DNA of 64,000 nt from Asterias rubens (Eukaryota): positions 16,740,001 through 16,804,000 of the forward strand of contig NC_047072.1 in NCBI RefSeq assembly GCF_902459465.1, in the 5' to 3' direction. Made by a program: the position numbers and the translations under genes. Numbering within the stretch: position 1 is the stretch's first letter; the number at the start of each line of letters is the position of its first letter. Shown in pieces: positions 51,041 through 63,036 of this stretch. The notes beneath the pieces are model-generated. The model was given only the letters and a program-made list of their open reading frames with translations. It searched no databases and was not told the DNA's origin.

Positions 51041-52373
51041 CATGCGAAAGGAGTCGCGGTGATTCATGGGATAGGTTATAAATGGCCCACGTAATGTGTA
51101 CACAGGTTCAGGTCCCACAGTTCCAAGCCAACTTGGTACAAGTCAACTCGGTCCCAGGTCAACTCGGTCCTTCGACCAACCTTCATGTTTTAAAAGTTAT
51201 GTTATTGTACTGTTTCGTTGAAGTTAACTTGATAATATTATTATGTTCGTGTAAGTTTACTTACTTTTTGTTTTCAACCAACCTTAATGTTTTTTTTTCT
51301 ATTATTATTTTATTGGTAGGTCCAGTGTTTTGATTTAATTTATTACGTGTAAGTTAACCGGAAAGTTTTGTTTATTATTATTATTTTTAACCAAACATTA
51401 ATTTTCTCATAACTCGTACATTGAACTCATTGTTTTTCAGTTGAAATTATTCTCCCACCACAATTATTCAAAAGTGAAACAAATAAAATATTGTGAGAAA
51501 CGGCTCCCTGTGAAGCAACGTAGTTTTCGAGAGAGTCCACACATTTGATTTCGAGACCTTAAAATTTAGAGTTTGAGGTAACGAAATCAAGCATCTGAAA
51601 GCACACAACTTCGTGAGGCAAGGGTGTTTTTTCTTTTATTGTTATCTCGCAACTTCCATCACCGATCGAGCTCAAATTTTCACAGGTTTGTTATTTTACT
51701 CATATGTTGAAATACACCAAATGAGAAGATGGTCTTTGACAACTACCAAGAGTGTCCAGTGTCTTTAATTTTATTGTATTGTGTTTTCCTTTTAGTCCGA
51801 AACTGGAACAAAAACATAGCCATGGGGAGGGTAACATTAGTATAATAATACATAACAACTGTCAGAAGTAGAACGGAAAGCTACGATTGTTAACTTAGAA
51901 GAAAACAAACATTAGTTAAGCCTCAGTTTGATTTCCTTTTAAAAACGGTAAATAAAAACTAGATGCTGGCTTTGACAAGTAGCTGAGCAGATGTAGATAA
52001 CATTGGGCCCTATGGGCATCCGGCCACCAGCAGAGAACTGCGCGAGTGGGGCTGTAGTGGCTGATACTACAGCAAACACGGGTATGAGACCATGTGACCT
52101 TTGACCTATGGAAAACCATAACATGATTCGCGCGCAAACCGCCGGGCAAAGCCTTTGTGTTTTGGCAGCCAGCTAGAAAGTGTATGCAATCTTACCATGA
52201 CTACGTGTCTTTTTGCCCGGCGAAACATGACGTATACAGTGTTTTTGTGTTCAATAGAGGGCGGTTTAAATGTAAACACAGGTCATAGTATCGGGTTTTT
52301 ATCACATGTGTTTGCTGATCGATCACCCTTAGGAGCCTATACTGCCCTTTGTACCGAGAGCAGACAATATTTA

Positions 52374-52627
52374 AGGTGCGTTCGATTAGCTTCCCTGTGT
52401 TGACTCCGGTCTGCCCACGGTTGGTTCGAATAGCTTTGACGTCATTCCCGGGGCTCACCCGGGTCAGCCCAAAGTACCCTGCTTACGGAGTGGGTCACTC
52501 CGGAGGCTGGCCCAGGTGCATGACATCACCACGAGAGGGTTAGTGATCGTTCGATTAGCTCTTGTCAGGGGCTCACCTATAAGTGAGCACCGCGGGGTCG
52601 AAGCTGGGAAGCTAATCGAACGCACCC
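52374..52627. mobile_element. ~254-bp MITE (PIF/Harbinger-like)
   Basis: TIRs GGTGCGTTCGATTAGCTTCCC and GGGAAGCTAATCGAACGCACC, flanked by TTA and ATA. Confidence 0.7.
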
Positions 52628-52899
52628 ATAAACAACTTCAACTTGAGTGATCTTTGAAAACAACAATGCTTCAAAACTGACTATTGTCACGCCATAACAA
52701 TCACCCATAGAAAATGTCGCCACCTGGTGTTGGCAGAGTGCCAGTGCACGTGGGTTAGATGAGTATTAATATTCAGCAGACTGTGTAAACATGACCGCTC
52801 ATGAATTATTCATCCTGGTACACAGGCTGGAACCACTGCCTGTGACTTTTATATGAGTTTCCTGTTGTCTCTCACATCGTTACGGAGGGGGACTGTTTT

Positions 52900-53018
52900 T
52901 TATTGGTTTTGACGTTTCTGTACGCATGCGCACGTGAAAAGACAAACCATAATACAGGGAAGGAAGTATAAAAGGGATTGGCGCACCCAAATCGTCTCTG
53001 CAAGCAGAAAACAAAATG
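52900..53018 (+). promoter_or_regulatory. Candidate promoter and first exon ending at an ATG
   Basis: ATTGG at 52902 and 52977, an NRF1-like CGCATGCGCA (52923-52932) overlapping an E-box CACGTG (52931-52936), then AAAATG/GTGAGT at 53016-53024. Confidence 0.5.
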
Positions 53019-56000
53019 GTGAGTACCTTTTGACTTTCGTGCTCAGGTGAGGTTTGCAGTAGCACAATGTGGAAATCTTGTTTAGGTACTGTTAGTTCTT
53101 AGAAGAACTCCCTGAAAACAATAAGAGAATACTGATCGAAACGTTGAGTTGTAAAGTTGTTGTTAGTCTCCTCCGAACCAGCACTAAACACGGAGGTAGA
53201 CTCAATGCACCGAATGACATTCCCCCTTTTTTATGCAAGTCGCCAGACACACAAGGCCTGAAGGCCACTTCAAGGTGTGGGCTACAAACAGAAATCCAGA
53301 GGCAGTTTCCACCTACTCCTATAGGCCTATAGGGCTAAAATGGGTTATCCCCCTTTACAGTCCGTACGGATGTAAGCTTGGGTATCATCAGTACGAAGCC
53401 TGGCCGGTAGAGCAGAAAGCACTACCTCCCCAATTTTACGTGGCAAGTGTCACGACTGGGATTCGAACCAACACTCTGCTGATCAAACACCAGAGCTTGA
53501 ATCCGGTGCTCGTTAACCGCTCGGCAATGACACAAGAGATTTACGCACAAGATGCTACCGCAATCCTGACCTGATTAAACTCCCACCATGCAAAGTTATC
53601 AATCATATTTATTGATGCTAATGTTCAGAGTAATGTGTATTCAATTATTATTCGAAAACAACAAGGGCCCAATTTCATAGAAATGCTTAAAGGCACTGAA
53701 CACGTTTGGTCATTGTCAAAGACGAGATTTCTCACTTGGTGTATCCCAACATTTCGGCTCAATTGGTCATAGACTTTGCAAGAGAATAATGAAAGAAAAA
53801 ACCTTCCTTTCTACATTACTTTGTGTGCTTTAAGATGCATATTAATAAAAGGCTTTAGCTGAAGTTGTTTATTGTTTGAGTGAGAAATACCCTCTTTCTT
53901 AAAAACTACGTTACTTCAGAGGGAGCAATGTTTAATAATATCAAAAGCTCTCCATTACTCGTTACCAAGTAAGTTGTTATGCTTACATGTATTACCAAAA
54001 TTGCCCAGTGCCTTAAAACACCTGAACATGTGTTATAACCAATAGCCTGCGTACCAGCTTATGAACATCCAGTTTGTATTTTGAGGTGCTTTGTAATGAA
54101 TTATGTGTTTGTGTATCATAATGTCGTTGGTTGGTTTCAGTGCTTATGTTATCCCCGTGCATTATAGAAAGTTCTTTTTGATAAAGCAATGTTTTCAATT
54201 GAAATTATTTAACTAAATGGTGTCTGCTTTTTGTCATGTCTGTTTTCTTTTTTTAACCATTTAGTATTTTATCTGGTATTCGTATTCTCATTCGATTATT
54301 GATAAGCAATTCGATTTGATAGGAAAATCTACTTGTGTAACTTAAGCTTTTAGTGCAAAGATAGTGAACACTATTGGTAATTGTCAAAGACCAGTCTTCT
54401 CACTTTATACCTTCAACCTCTTATTTTATACCATCAACCTCTCCCCATTACTCGTCACCAAGATAAGGTTTTATGCTAATAATTATGCGAGTAATTACCA
54501 ATAGTGTCCACTGCCTTTAAGCTTTCAGTGCAATTTAGAGTTAACCCTGCTATGATAAGATGTATCATCATACGTTGCGTTTTCTTTCGAACAAAATGCT
54601 GAAAAAACTTCTAAAATAATATATTAATAATATTATTATCCATTTTGTTTTATTCGTATGCAGACAATTTGTTGTGAAATACAAATTATCCAAAAACCTT
54701 TAAAGGAAAACGGGACACTATTGGTAATACTACTCAAAATAACTAGTAGCATAAAACCTCACTTGGTTACGAGTAATGGGGAGAGGTTGATAAGTATAAA
54801 ACATTGTTAGAAACGGCTTCCTCTGAAGTAACGTAGTTTTCGAGTTAGAAGTAATTTTCCACGAACTTTGTTTCGAGACCTCAGAATTAGATTTTGCGTT
54901 CTCAAAATCAAGCACCTGAAAGCACACGACTTCGTATGACCATAGTGACATGGATGTTTTTTCTTTTCATTATCTCGCAACTTCGATGACCAATTGAGTT
55001 CAAATTTTTCACAGGTTTGTTACTTTGTGCATATAATTTATGTTGAGATACACCAAGTGAGCAGACTGGTCTTAAACAAAAACATATTAAATCGTCTGCG
55101 ACATTTTTTGGCTACTTGCCAATAATAATTGGAAAAAAAAAAAAAAATGATTGAGCAACAGTGTGACCTAAGGGAAAGTACCAATGTGTTTGTGCCATTG
55201 AACCTTGGTCGTTTGGGTTTTATGAGGCCCGGGAAAATAATAAAGAACAATAGGTGTTTTTCTTAAACCTAGTCTGTGAATATAGTTCAATGACAGGTTT
55301 GTTACTTTGTGCATATAATTCATGTTGAGATACACCAAGTGAGCAGACTGGTCTTAAACAAAAACATACAAATTGTCTGCGACATTTTTTGGCTACTTGC
55401 CCACAAACATTGAACCTTGGTCGTTTGGATTTATGAGGCCCGGGAAAATAATAGAAAACAATAGGTGTTTTTCTCAAACCTAGTTTGTGAATATAGTTCA
55501 ATGACTTAAAATGCCCACCCACAATTTTTGGCGTACAGTTTTGGCGTAAACAATTTAAGTTGGTGCTTTGTCCCTGAATGCAACAATATTGCCCAATAAA
55601 CGGAAAATCAACAGTAACAAGTCAATAGGAATCAAAGATGGCAGATTCCATTGTCCAAAAAAAAGCACATTGTTGCTTGGTTTAATCAGATAGCTACACA
55701 AAACCGTCTTGTAACACGTTTATAAATATTATTCGTATTAGGATCAGTTTCTATAATAAGGGAATAACAGGGTAGCGACGAGTTCTTTGACGGCCGTTTA
55801 AAACCGGCAGGGTCGTTGCCGTGTCGGCTCGGGCCTTTATCACACGGCAACGACAGTTAGTATACAGTTAGTATACATTATAAAGAGTCTGTTTTTAAAA
55901 CTTAACACATCGTTCCGTCTCGGTGTCAAAGCGCATGTTGTTGTCTAGTTACTTATAATTAATATGTTTCTTTTCTCTTTCTTATTCTCATTTCAAGAAT

Positions 56001-59000
56001 ACTTCGAGAAAAAAAAACAGAAGACTGAGAGGTACGAAAACTTAAATTATATTCTTATCTTCCATAGCAATATCATTTTGAAATATATGATGTGTGTTTT
56101 TGAAAGCGTTTGAGTGCAATCTCGTTGGCAGGGGTAAACTTTTACACATCTATAACGGTCTGGGTGTTTATTGAATGATACAAAAATAAAACATTGAATG
56201 TCAACTTCACGAACAATCAAGATTTAACTTACAGATCTGTTGTCAATATTGCAACACTGTATAATATCGATAACACATAAGTTAAATCTGATGTATTGTT
56301 TTTGCTCGGCAGTTGAGTCTAATTGACATAAATCAATATTTTGTAGCTCTTTGCCCAATTAATTTCCATTACTCTTATACCAATGACTTGCTCATAACTA
56401 ACTCATAAAATAATTTTTAATTTTTCGCTACAGCAGTCAACGTAAAGACTATAGTATCAGATGATGTTCCTCCTATGACTGAACCAATTATGTGTCTATC
56501 GAATTGTTCGAATTCTATTATCCAAGTTATTCTACCAAGCAGTGAATCACAGCACGGTAAGTATTTAAGCTAGGAGGTTACCGCTTAGACACCTTTGGTG
56601 TATCCCAACATGTTCGTTATACCAAGTAAGTTGTTAGCTACTTTGAGGACTAACACACGTCCACACATTGGTTTTACTTTGAGGACTAACACACGTCCAC
56701 ACAGTGGTCTTTCCCCAGAACAAAGGAGTGTCCACGTGACTGCATCACAGAGGTAGTGCTTTACTGGGTTTCGCTTGTGAGGTCTTTTTAATAATGGAAC
56801 AACGTACCCAACCATTTTGTGTGTCATACTAAACTCTAATCATAGTTTATTCTTTTTATGTAAAACGAATCGTTGTGTTTCTTTGATGTGAATCCTGTAT
56901 TGTATACACTTTGTTTTATCTTTGCAGTGAAAAAGAAAACAGATGAAACTTTAACAGATGAAGTACCACACAGTATCCATATTGAGACATTTAGCATGTC
57001 CAATTGTCAAAAATGTGCAGTTCACATTGGTTCCTCTATCGGCAATGAATATAATGGTAAGTGGCAAATTTAAAACAAAGTGCAAACTAAACATTCCAGT
57101 TGTGTATCAATGTACGACATGCACAAGTCTAATGTTGCTGTAAGGTGACGTCACTTAGCCCCGCCCCCCCTCCATTGCCGCCATGTTTGAGGGTACGTGA
57201 AAGTGACAACTCACATGTAATCAGCAGTAATAGTCTATTAATTTTCACTTTCCTCTCCGTTGATGCTTGGACGCGCGATATGCAAGTGTGTTTCGTGCAA
57301 CCGTGTGGACCCCCCATTGGCCTTTTTGTTCATACTTTTTTTGCAACAGCTCCCTTTGGTTTTGAACACGTTTTTCAACCGTGGATACAGCCTAATTTGT
57401 TGAGCGTGTATGTCCTACTCACTCACGCACCACCGCCACACTACAAACTATGTACATTTCTTAAAGTAAAATCTTTTAAATCAACCTCCTCCAGCCCATG
57501 TTAATTTATCATTATAGGGAATTACTATGTCTGTCTACATGGACAGATATCCATGACACGGTTGTCACAGAAAAGACACAAAAAGACGATAAGAATATTT
57601 TGACTAGTTTTACTAAACGTTATTTTGGCCGGGTGCTTTGAATCAAGTGAGTTTTTTTTATGGGGATTTTTTTGATGGGGATTTTCTACTTTTTTTTGTG
57701 GGGGGGGGGGGGGTTCTCCCTCTTTTTCCCGTTTTTTGCTGAGTTCAGCAATATTATTTCTTATCTATAATATTCCTTCTTTTTGTATTCAGTTAACAAT
57801 ACAGGCTTAATGAAGTTCGATCTATCTGGTGATTCAAGTATGAAAACAACAACAAACAGACGTTGTAAGTAGCAGTTGTCTTTCATTCTTAAGTAATATT
57901 TATTTTACATGCTACAAATTTATGTCTCTTGGACATTTCTACAAAATACCTTTAAGAAATTTGTTTAACTGCTCGATAGCAACGGCAATGCGTGCACGTT
58001 TTCCAGAACACTACAATGCAACCAGCATCATGCCAATTATTAGTTATGAATTAGTGATAATCTTTAATAAGCTGTCATCATTTTTAACAACATTTAACTA
58101 TAGTTGAAAGAATATTCATTCAGGTTTTAACCCATCCTAAATACCGATGTGTGTTAGCACTGTATACTCAGTACATCCTGAGTTCTGTGGAAAAAAAATC
58201 ACATTCATATTATTCGGGTGGGATTCGAACCCACGACCTTTGACATTCTAGAGCAGTGTCAAACCATCTAGACCAACGAGATAGATAGAAGGAGTTCGAA
58301 TCCAATGTAAAACAAAACTAAATGAATAACATTTAACTATTTCTGAAAAGTGCCTGATTTCGTCGTGGGGTGATGCATTTACTGCATTTCTCTAAAGTTT
58401 GATATGACGCTTGATTAAAATAATGTTGAACTTCTCTTTTGTTTATACAGTCAAGTTGTTATTGATGTCAAGCTGGAGCAGAGACCACGTTCGATGCTGG
58501 ATCATGAATATTAATCTACCAAGTTATGTAGCAAATCAATTTTACCAAGAACATGTCAATGGTCTTATGTTAAAGATGTACAAGAAAAAGCATTTAAAAA
58601 GGGATTTCCATTTGTACACGTCAAATTGGCGTCTTATTTTATATCTGAGAAAAAAATGGTTGAAAATAGAAAAAGTTCCTCAAATAACAAGTTTGTATTC
58701 ACGTTCAGAAAACATTTCGGTACCTGCGTCTTTTACTTATGACATGGTTATAGCTAATGACAATATCAAAGACATAATATTACATTTAAACTCAAAGTTG
58801 AGGTCATTTCAAGATTCATTTACGGAATTTAATATTTCAGAATTAAATTATTTGCATCGCGGTGATTTACGTGTTACGTCAAAAAACTTTGAATCAGAAT
58901 TCGTTGAAATATTGAACACGGGAAAAAACAACTTAATAGTCGGCTTTATAAATGTAACACAGTGTACTTTATGTGACAACTTTATAGAACAATTGAGTGA

Positions 59001-59232
59001 AATGTTGAGAAAAGTTCAAGATACTAATCTAAAGAGTTTTATACTTGGCGAATTCAATTTGCATAACAGTTCGAGAAAGTTGCTTCTTTATGAGAAAAAT
59101 GTCATAGGTGCTCTGACAGATAATTTGTTTTTCCGACTAAGAACTGAAAGTGTTTTCATAGGAACCTCAATTCTATTTGATGAAGTTATAACAAATGACA
59201 CGCGTGTGTTTAGTTACGATCATGGAAGTTAA
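53016..59232 (+). CDS. Uncharacterised ~380-aa protein: basic N-terminus, two RHIM-like repeats, SAM domain and degenerate LINE-type APE/EEP endonuclease domain
   Basis: Model exons 53016-53018, 55998-56031, 56434-56556, 56928-57056, 57793-57864 and 58451-59232. All are GT-AG and phase-compatible (0,1,1,1,1), with an open frame of 1143 nt. SAM-like segment WSRDHVRCWIMNINLPSYVANQFYQEHVNGLML..YKKKHLKRDF. EEP-like motifs in order: ISE, FESEFVEI, LIVGFI, FILGEFN, LFDEVITN, YDH. The last four exons are more secure than the first two. Confidence 0.65.
55011..55505. repeat. Local tandem duplication (~210-280 bp unit) that includes a MITE end
   Basis: CAGGTTTGTTACTTTGTGC...GGCTACTTGCC and TTGAACCTTGGTCG...ATAGTTCAATGAC each occur twice in the same order, with a ~70-bp indel between the copies. 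Confidence 0.8.
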
Positions 59233-60549
59233 CATTAAAAACGAAAAAAATAAACATTGTGAAGATACTGCAGGTACATTATGAAAAGCAAACGGAAGTG
59301 TAACGTGGATTTTAGAATTTTAAATTTGAATTTAGACTAATGTTAATTCAGACCAAAGCTACGAAAACCAATAACTTTTGATTTAAACATCTTTCGTCGT
59401 AGCAAGGTTGACTCAGCCTTACATCCTTTCGGGGTAGTTAAAATGAGTACCATTCCAAATTTGGATTGGAGTGGGCAAAACAGAAAATATATGGACTTTT
59501 TATATGGAAACTAACAGGCAATATGTGATACATTAAATAAAAAGCTACACAAGAGGCAACATTGTTTTGTTTTGTGGCAAGGTCAACTCAGCCTTACATC
59601 CTTTCGGGGTAGTTAAAATGAGTACCATTCCAAATTTGGGATGGGCAAACAAGAAGATATTTTTGGATCGTAGAGTTTTTGTGATGAAGATGACAATGTT
59701 TTTTTAATTGAATTGAATTGAATTGAATAGTTGAAGTCGATTATATAATCATACATTATTAAGCGGATGAGTCCGTCCATTTCCGAAATTGGCAGTCGCT
59801 AACTGTGACTGTGACAGGTCTATTTTGAAAACAAAACGAAAGAACAAACCTTGGAGTTGATAATGATACGTTGTGAGATTTGCATTGAGCAGTCTTTTCT
59901 TCAAAGAATGTGCAAAATGTTGTGTAGTCATTATTCAATAAAGAGAGTGAAAGACAAGTATTTTGATTACTGGTTTCACGTTATTATTACCTTTTAAGTA
60001 ACTCACACAGTTTGAAGATATTGATAGTAGAAAGCTTCCCTTAATAAAATATTACTTCCTGAAGTGCTGTAGTTTTTGAGAAATGAGTAAGTCCAACCAT
60101 CCTTGAACGGATGCATTGAAAGTCTCCCATTGCCTTTGTTCATTATGGCCGTTTCGAAACCACGGCTCAGCCCGGTCAGTGTGTAGGCCCCTATTGATCG
60201 TGCAGTAAGGTCGTCTCCTCGTGTACAAATCAAAACATGAAAACATGCAAACATAAAATAACCAGGAAATGCGTGTTTCTCAGTATATCACTCTAAAACA
60301 TACCTTGATATCGTCGGCCAGCCTCTGTTGAACAGCCACATTGAAACCAAGCACGTGGATGGGCTTAAAGGAGACATTTTGCCTGAAGTTTACAGATAAA
60401 AATACACCGTGATCAACGTCAAAAATCCCCGCCATTACAAAACTGAACTACATAGGGCGTACTCCATAAAACAAAAAACGGGTGACCGGGGGGCGGGGGG
60501 GGGGGGGCGGTGCACACGTGGCGGACGAGTCAAACTACCTCTACTTCCT

Positions 60550-60716
60550 TTTTGAAACCACGGCTTCGGCTCCAGACTCGGCTCAGGCTAGCTTGGCCCC
60601 GCGGTTATTTTGACAATATTGCGCATGCTTTGCGTGTACGTGTTCAGGGCTTCAGACAAGAGGACGGAGCCTAAAACCGAATCCAAAGCCGAAGCCGTGG
60701 TTTTGAAAAGGGCCAT
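60550..60716. mobile_element. Uninterrupted copy of the GGCCCTTTTCGAAACC-type MITE
   Basis: Reverse-complement match to 13285-13630 without the nested insert. Confidence 0.7.
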
Positions 60717-61567
60717 CCAATTCAGACATTTGTGACGGTAAAAATGGACTGTTTCCGGAATTAGGTATACAAATAATTATTGAATCTCTTAATGGTTTAG
60801 TTTGAGCCTCAATTTTAACTACAAATTTGAAAAAAGACGTCCCAACATGTGAAACTTCTCGTTGCCTCAAAGGGGCGACCCTCATGGCTATAATTTTGAA
60901 AAATAAATCATACTTTTTTGATTGCATGGCTATTTATTTCGTAATAAACACTAACAAAAAGCTAGTGGCCTCACATTAATTTCTTTTTTTTTCACCGTAA
61001 TAATAGCAAACTTGCCTCATTTAATCGCTAAACCAAAAAAAAAAAGAAATGCATTATAGCCAATTATTTAATTAAAGATGCTATGTCAGATTTTTGGCCC
61101 CAAACATTAAAACATAGATTTATTTGAGTGAATGGTATTTCAAAGAGTATCAACGAAAACAAGTTTAACTTTTACTTTTAATGGTCAGGAACCATGACAA
61201 AAATTTAAAACGTTTCTTATAAAACACATAAGAATTGGTCACGTGATATATTGTCGGGATCCCGTCAAAAACTAATTTTGAGCACTTTATTTCACTGCTA
61301 CTAACAATTGGACTTTTTCGAGCAATGGCTCAAATGAAAGCTTGTAACTTTCTCGACCCCCATCAAAATACCTATTGCATTTAAAATAAAAAAAATTGGG
61401 TCAAATCGGCCAAAAATCTGACATAGCATCTTTAACCGTTTTGTGCAGTTTGTGCCCATTATTTAATAAGGGTATAAGGCTGATCAGTGTCTACTTTCAT
61501 GAAGCTGCTAATTTTGCCTAGAAATGTGTACAAGGCTTTTAAATCAAATGCTCTAAAAGCACACAGC

Positions 61568-61935
61568 TTAAGACACTGGGCACTATTGGTAACTGTCAAA
61601 GACCAGTCTTCTCAATTGGTGTATCTCAACATATGCATAAAATAACGAACCTAATGAAAATTTAAGCTCAATCGGCCATCGAAGTGGCGAGATAATAATG
61701 AAAGAAAAAACTCCTTGTCTAACACTGTTGTGTGCTTTCAGATGCTTGATTTCGAGACCTCAAATTCTAAATCTGAGGTATCGAAATCAAATTCGTCTCG
61801 AAAACTATTATACTTCAGAGGGAGCCATTTCTTACAATGTGTTTTACTACCAACAGCTCCCATTACTCGAATATCAAGTAAGGTTTATGCTAATAATTAT
61901 TTTGAGTAATTACCAATAGTGCCCACTGCCTTTAA
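61568..61935. mobile_element. TTAA-flanked MITE copy
   Basis: TTAA at 61568-61571 and 61932-61935, with family TIRs. Confidence 0.8.
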
Positions 61936-62466
61936 TAACTGATTTGTCCAAAACAGAAATTCAAATAACTTGAAAACTAACTCATAACCATATTTTTCAA
62001 GTTTGTATTCCTTTTTAATACAAAGCACAGATACAATCTTTAAGTGCTTTTATTCATGTTTATCATACCCTAGTATTTAATTAACAAGTTTAATTAAGAC
62101 ATTTCAAAGCTTACATTCAGATTATTATTCAGTTAATTTCATCAGATGTGCAAACATTCAGTAAATATGAACACAATCCTGACCTTATATACCAACATTT
62201 TTATTGTAATTTTGTTTAAGTTGATTTCTCTGTGGTGTTTTAGTACATCAATACACTACAAAATCAAAACAACTTTGCTTACTGCTGTATAACCAAGTCC
62301 ATTTTCCTTTTTTTTTGTCAAGAGACATTTGAACAATTATTTTGTCCTACGCAACAAAATACCCACTGGCAACACTTGTTTTTTTCCTCCTCGCTATTTT
62401 TTTTCTTCTGAAGTACAACAGTTAAGAAAATTTACCTGACGCGTCTTAAATATATTGCAGATTGAA

Positions 62467-63036
62467 CTTTCTCATGGTATTATACCAGTTAGAGTTTGAT
62501 TCACATGAAGCAAGCTAGATCAAGGGACTATAAGATGATTATAGACCTTTATCATGGTATTATACCAGTTGGAGTTTGATTCACATGAAGCAAGCTAGAT
62601 CAAGGGACTATAAGATGACTATAGACCTTTCTCATGGTATTATACCAGTTAGAGTTTGATTCACATGAAGCAAGCTAGATCAAGGGACTATAAGATGACT
62701 ATAGACCTTTATCATGGTATTATACCAGTTAGAGTTTGATTCACATGAAGCAAGCTAGATCAAGGGACAATAAGATGATTATAGAACTTTCTCATGGTAT
62801 TATACCAGTTGGAGTTTGATTCACATGAAGCAAGCTAGATCAAGGGACTATAAGATGATTCTAGACCTTTATCATGGTATTATCCCAGTTAGAGTTTGAT
62901 TCACATGAAGCAAGCTAGATCAAGGGACTATAAGATGACTATAGACCTTTATCATGGTATTATACCAGTTAGAGTTTGATTGACATGAAGCAAGCTAGAT
63001 CAAGGGACTATAAGATGACTATAGACCTTTATCATG
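62467..63036. repeat. 80-bp tandem repeat, ~7 copies
   Basis: Unit CTTT(A/C)TCATGGTATTATACCAGTT(A/G)GAGTTTGATTCACATGAAGCAAGCTAGATCAAGGGACTATAAGATGA(C/T)TATAGAC, period 80. Confidence 0.93.

Noticed and set aside
50712-51118. Hydrophobic FAVALFVLPW ORFs resembling a membrane protein
   Set aside because: They are overlapping translations of the 20-bp tandem repeat in all three minus frames.
55638-55720. Alternative first exon MADSIVQKK... for the SAM-EEP gene
   Set aside because: It needs either a weak donor (GTTTAA or GTAACA) or a frameshift in an A8 run. The ATG/GTGAGT site at 53016 fits better, although this option cannot be fully excluded.
59400-59640. Twice-repeated 60-mer GCAAGGT..ACTCAGCCTTACATCCTTTCGGGGTAGTTAAAATGAGTACC as a regulatory RNA element in the 3'UTR
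   Set aside because: It resembles the conserved central segment of widespread SINEs plus a local duplication. Nothing supports a specific function.
2006-63036. CRISPR-like arrays (the 20-, 24-, 60- and 80-bp repeats)
   Set aside because: The units are head-to-tail with no unique spacers, there are no cas genes, and the context is eukaryotic.
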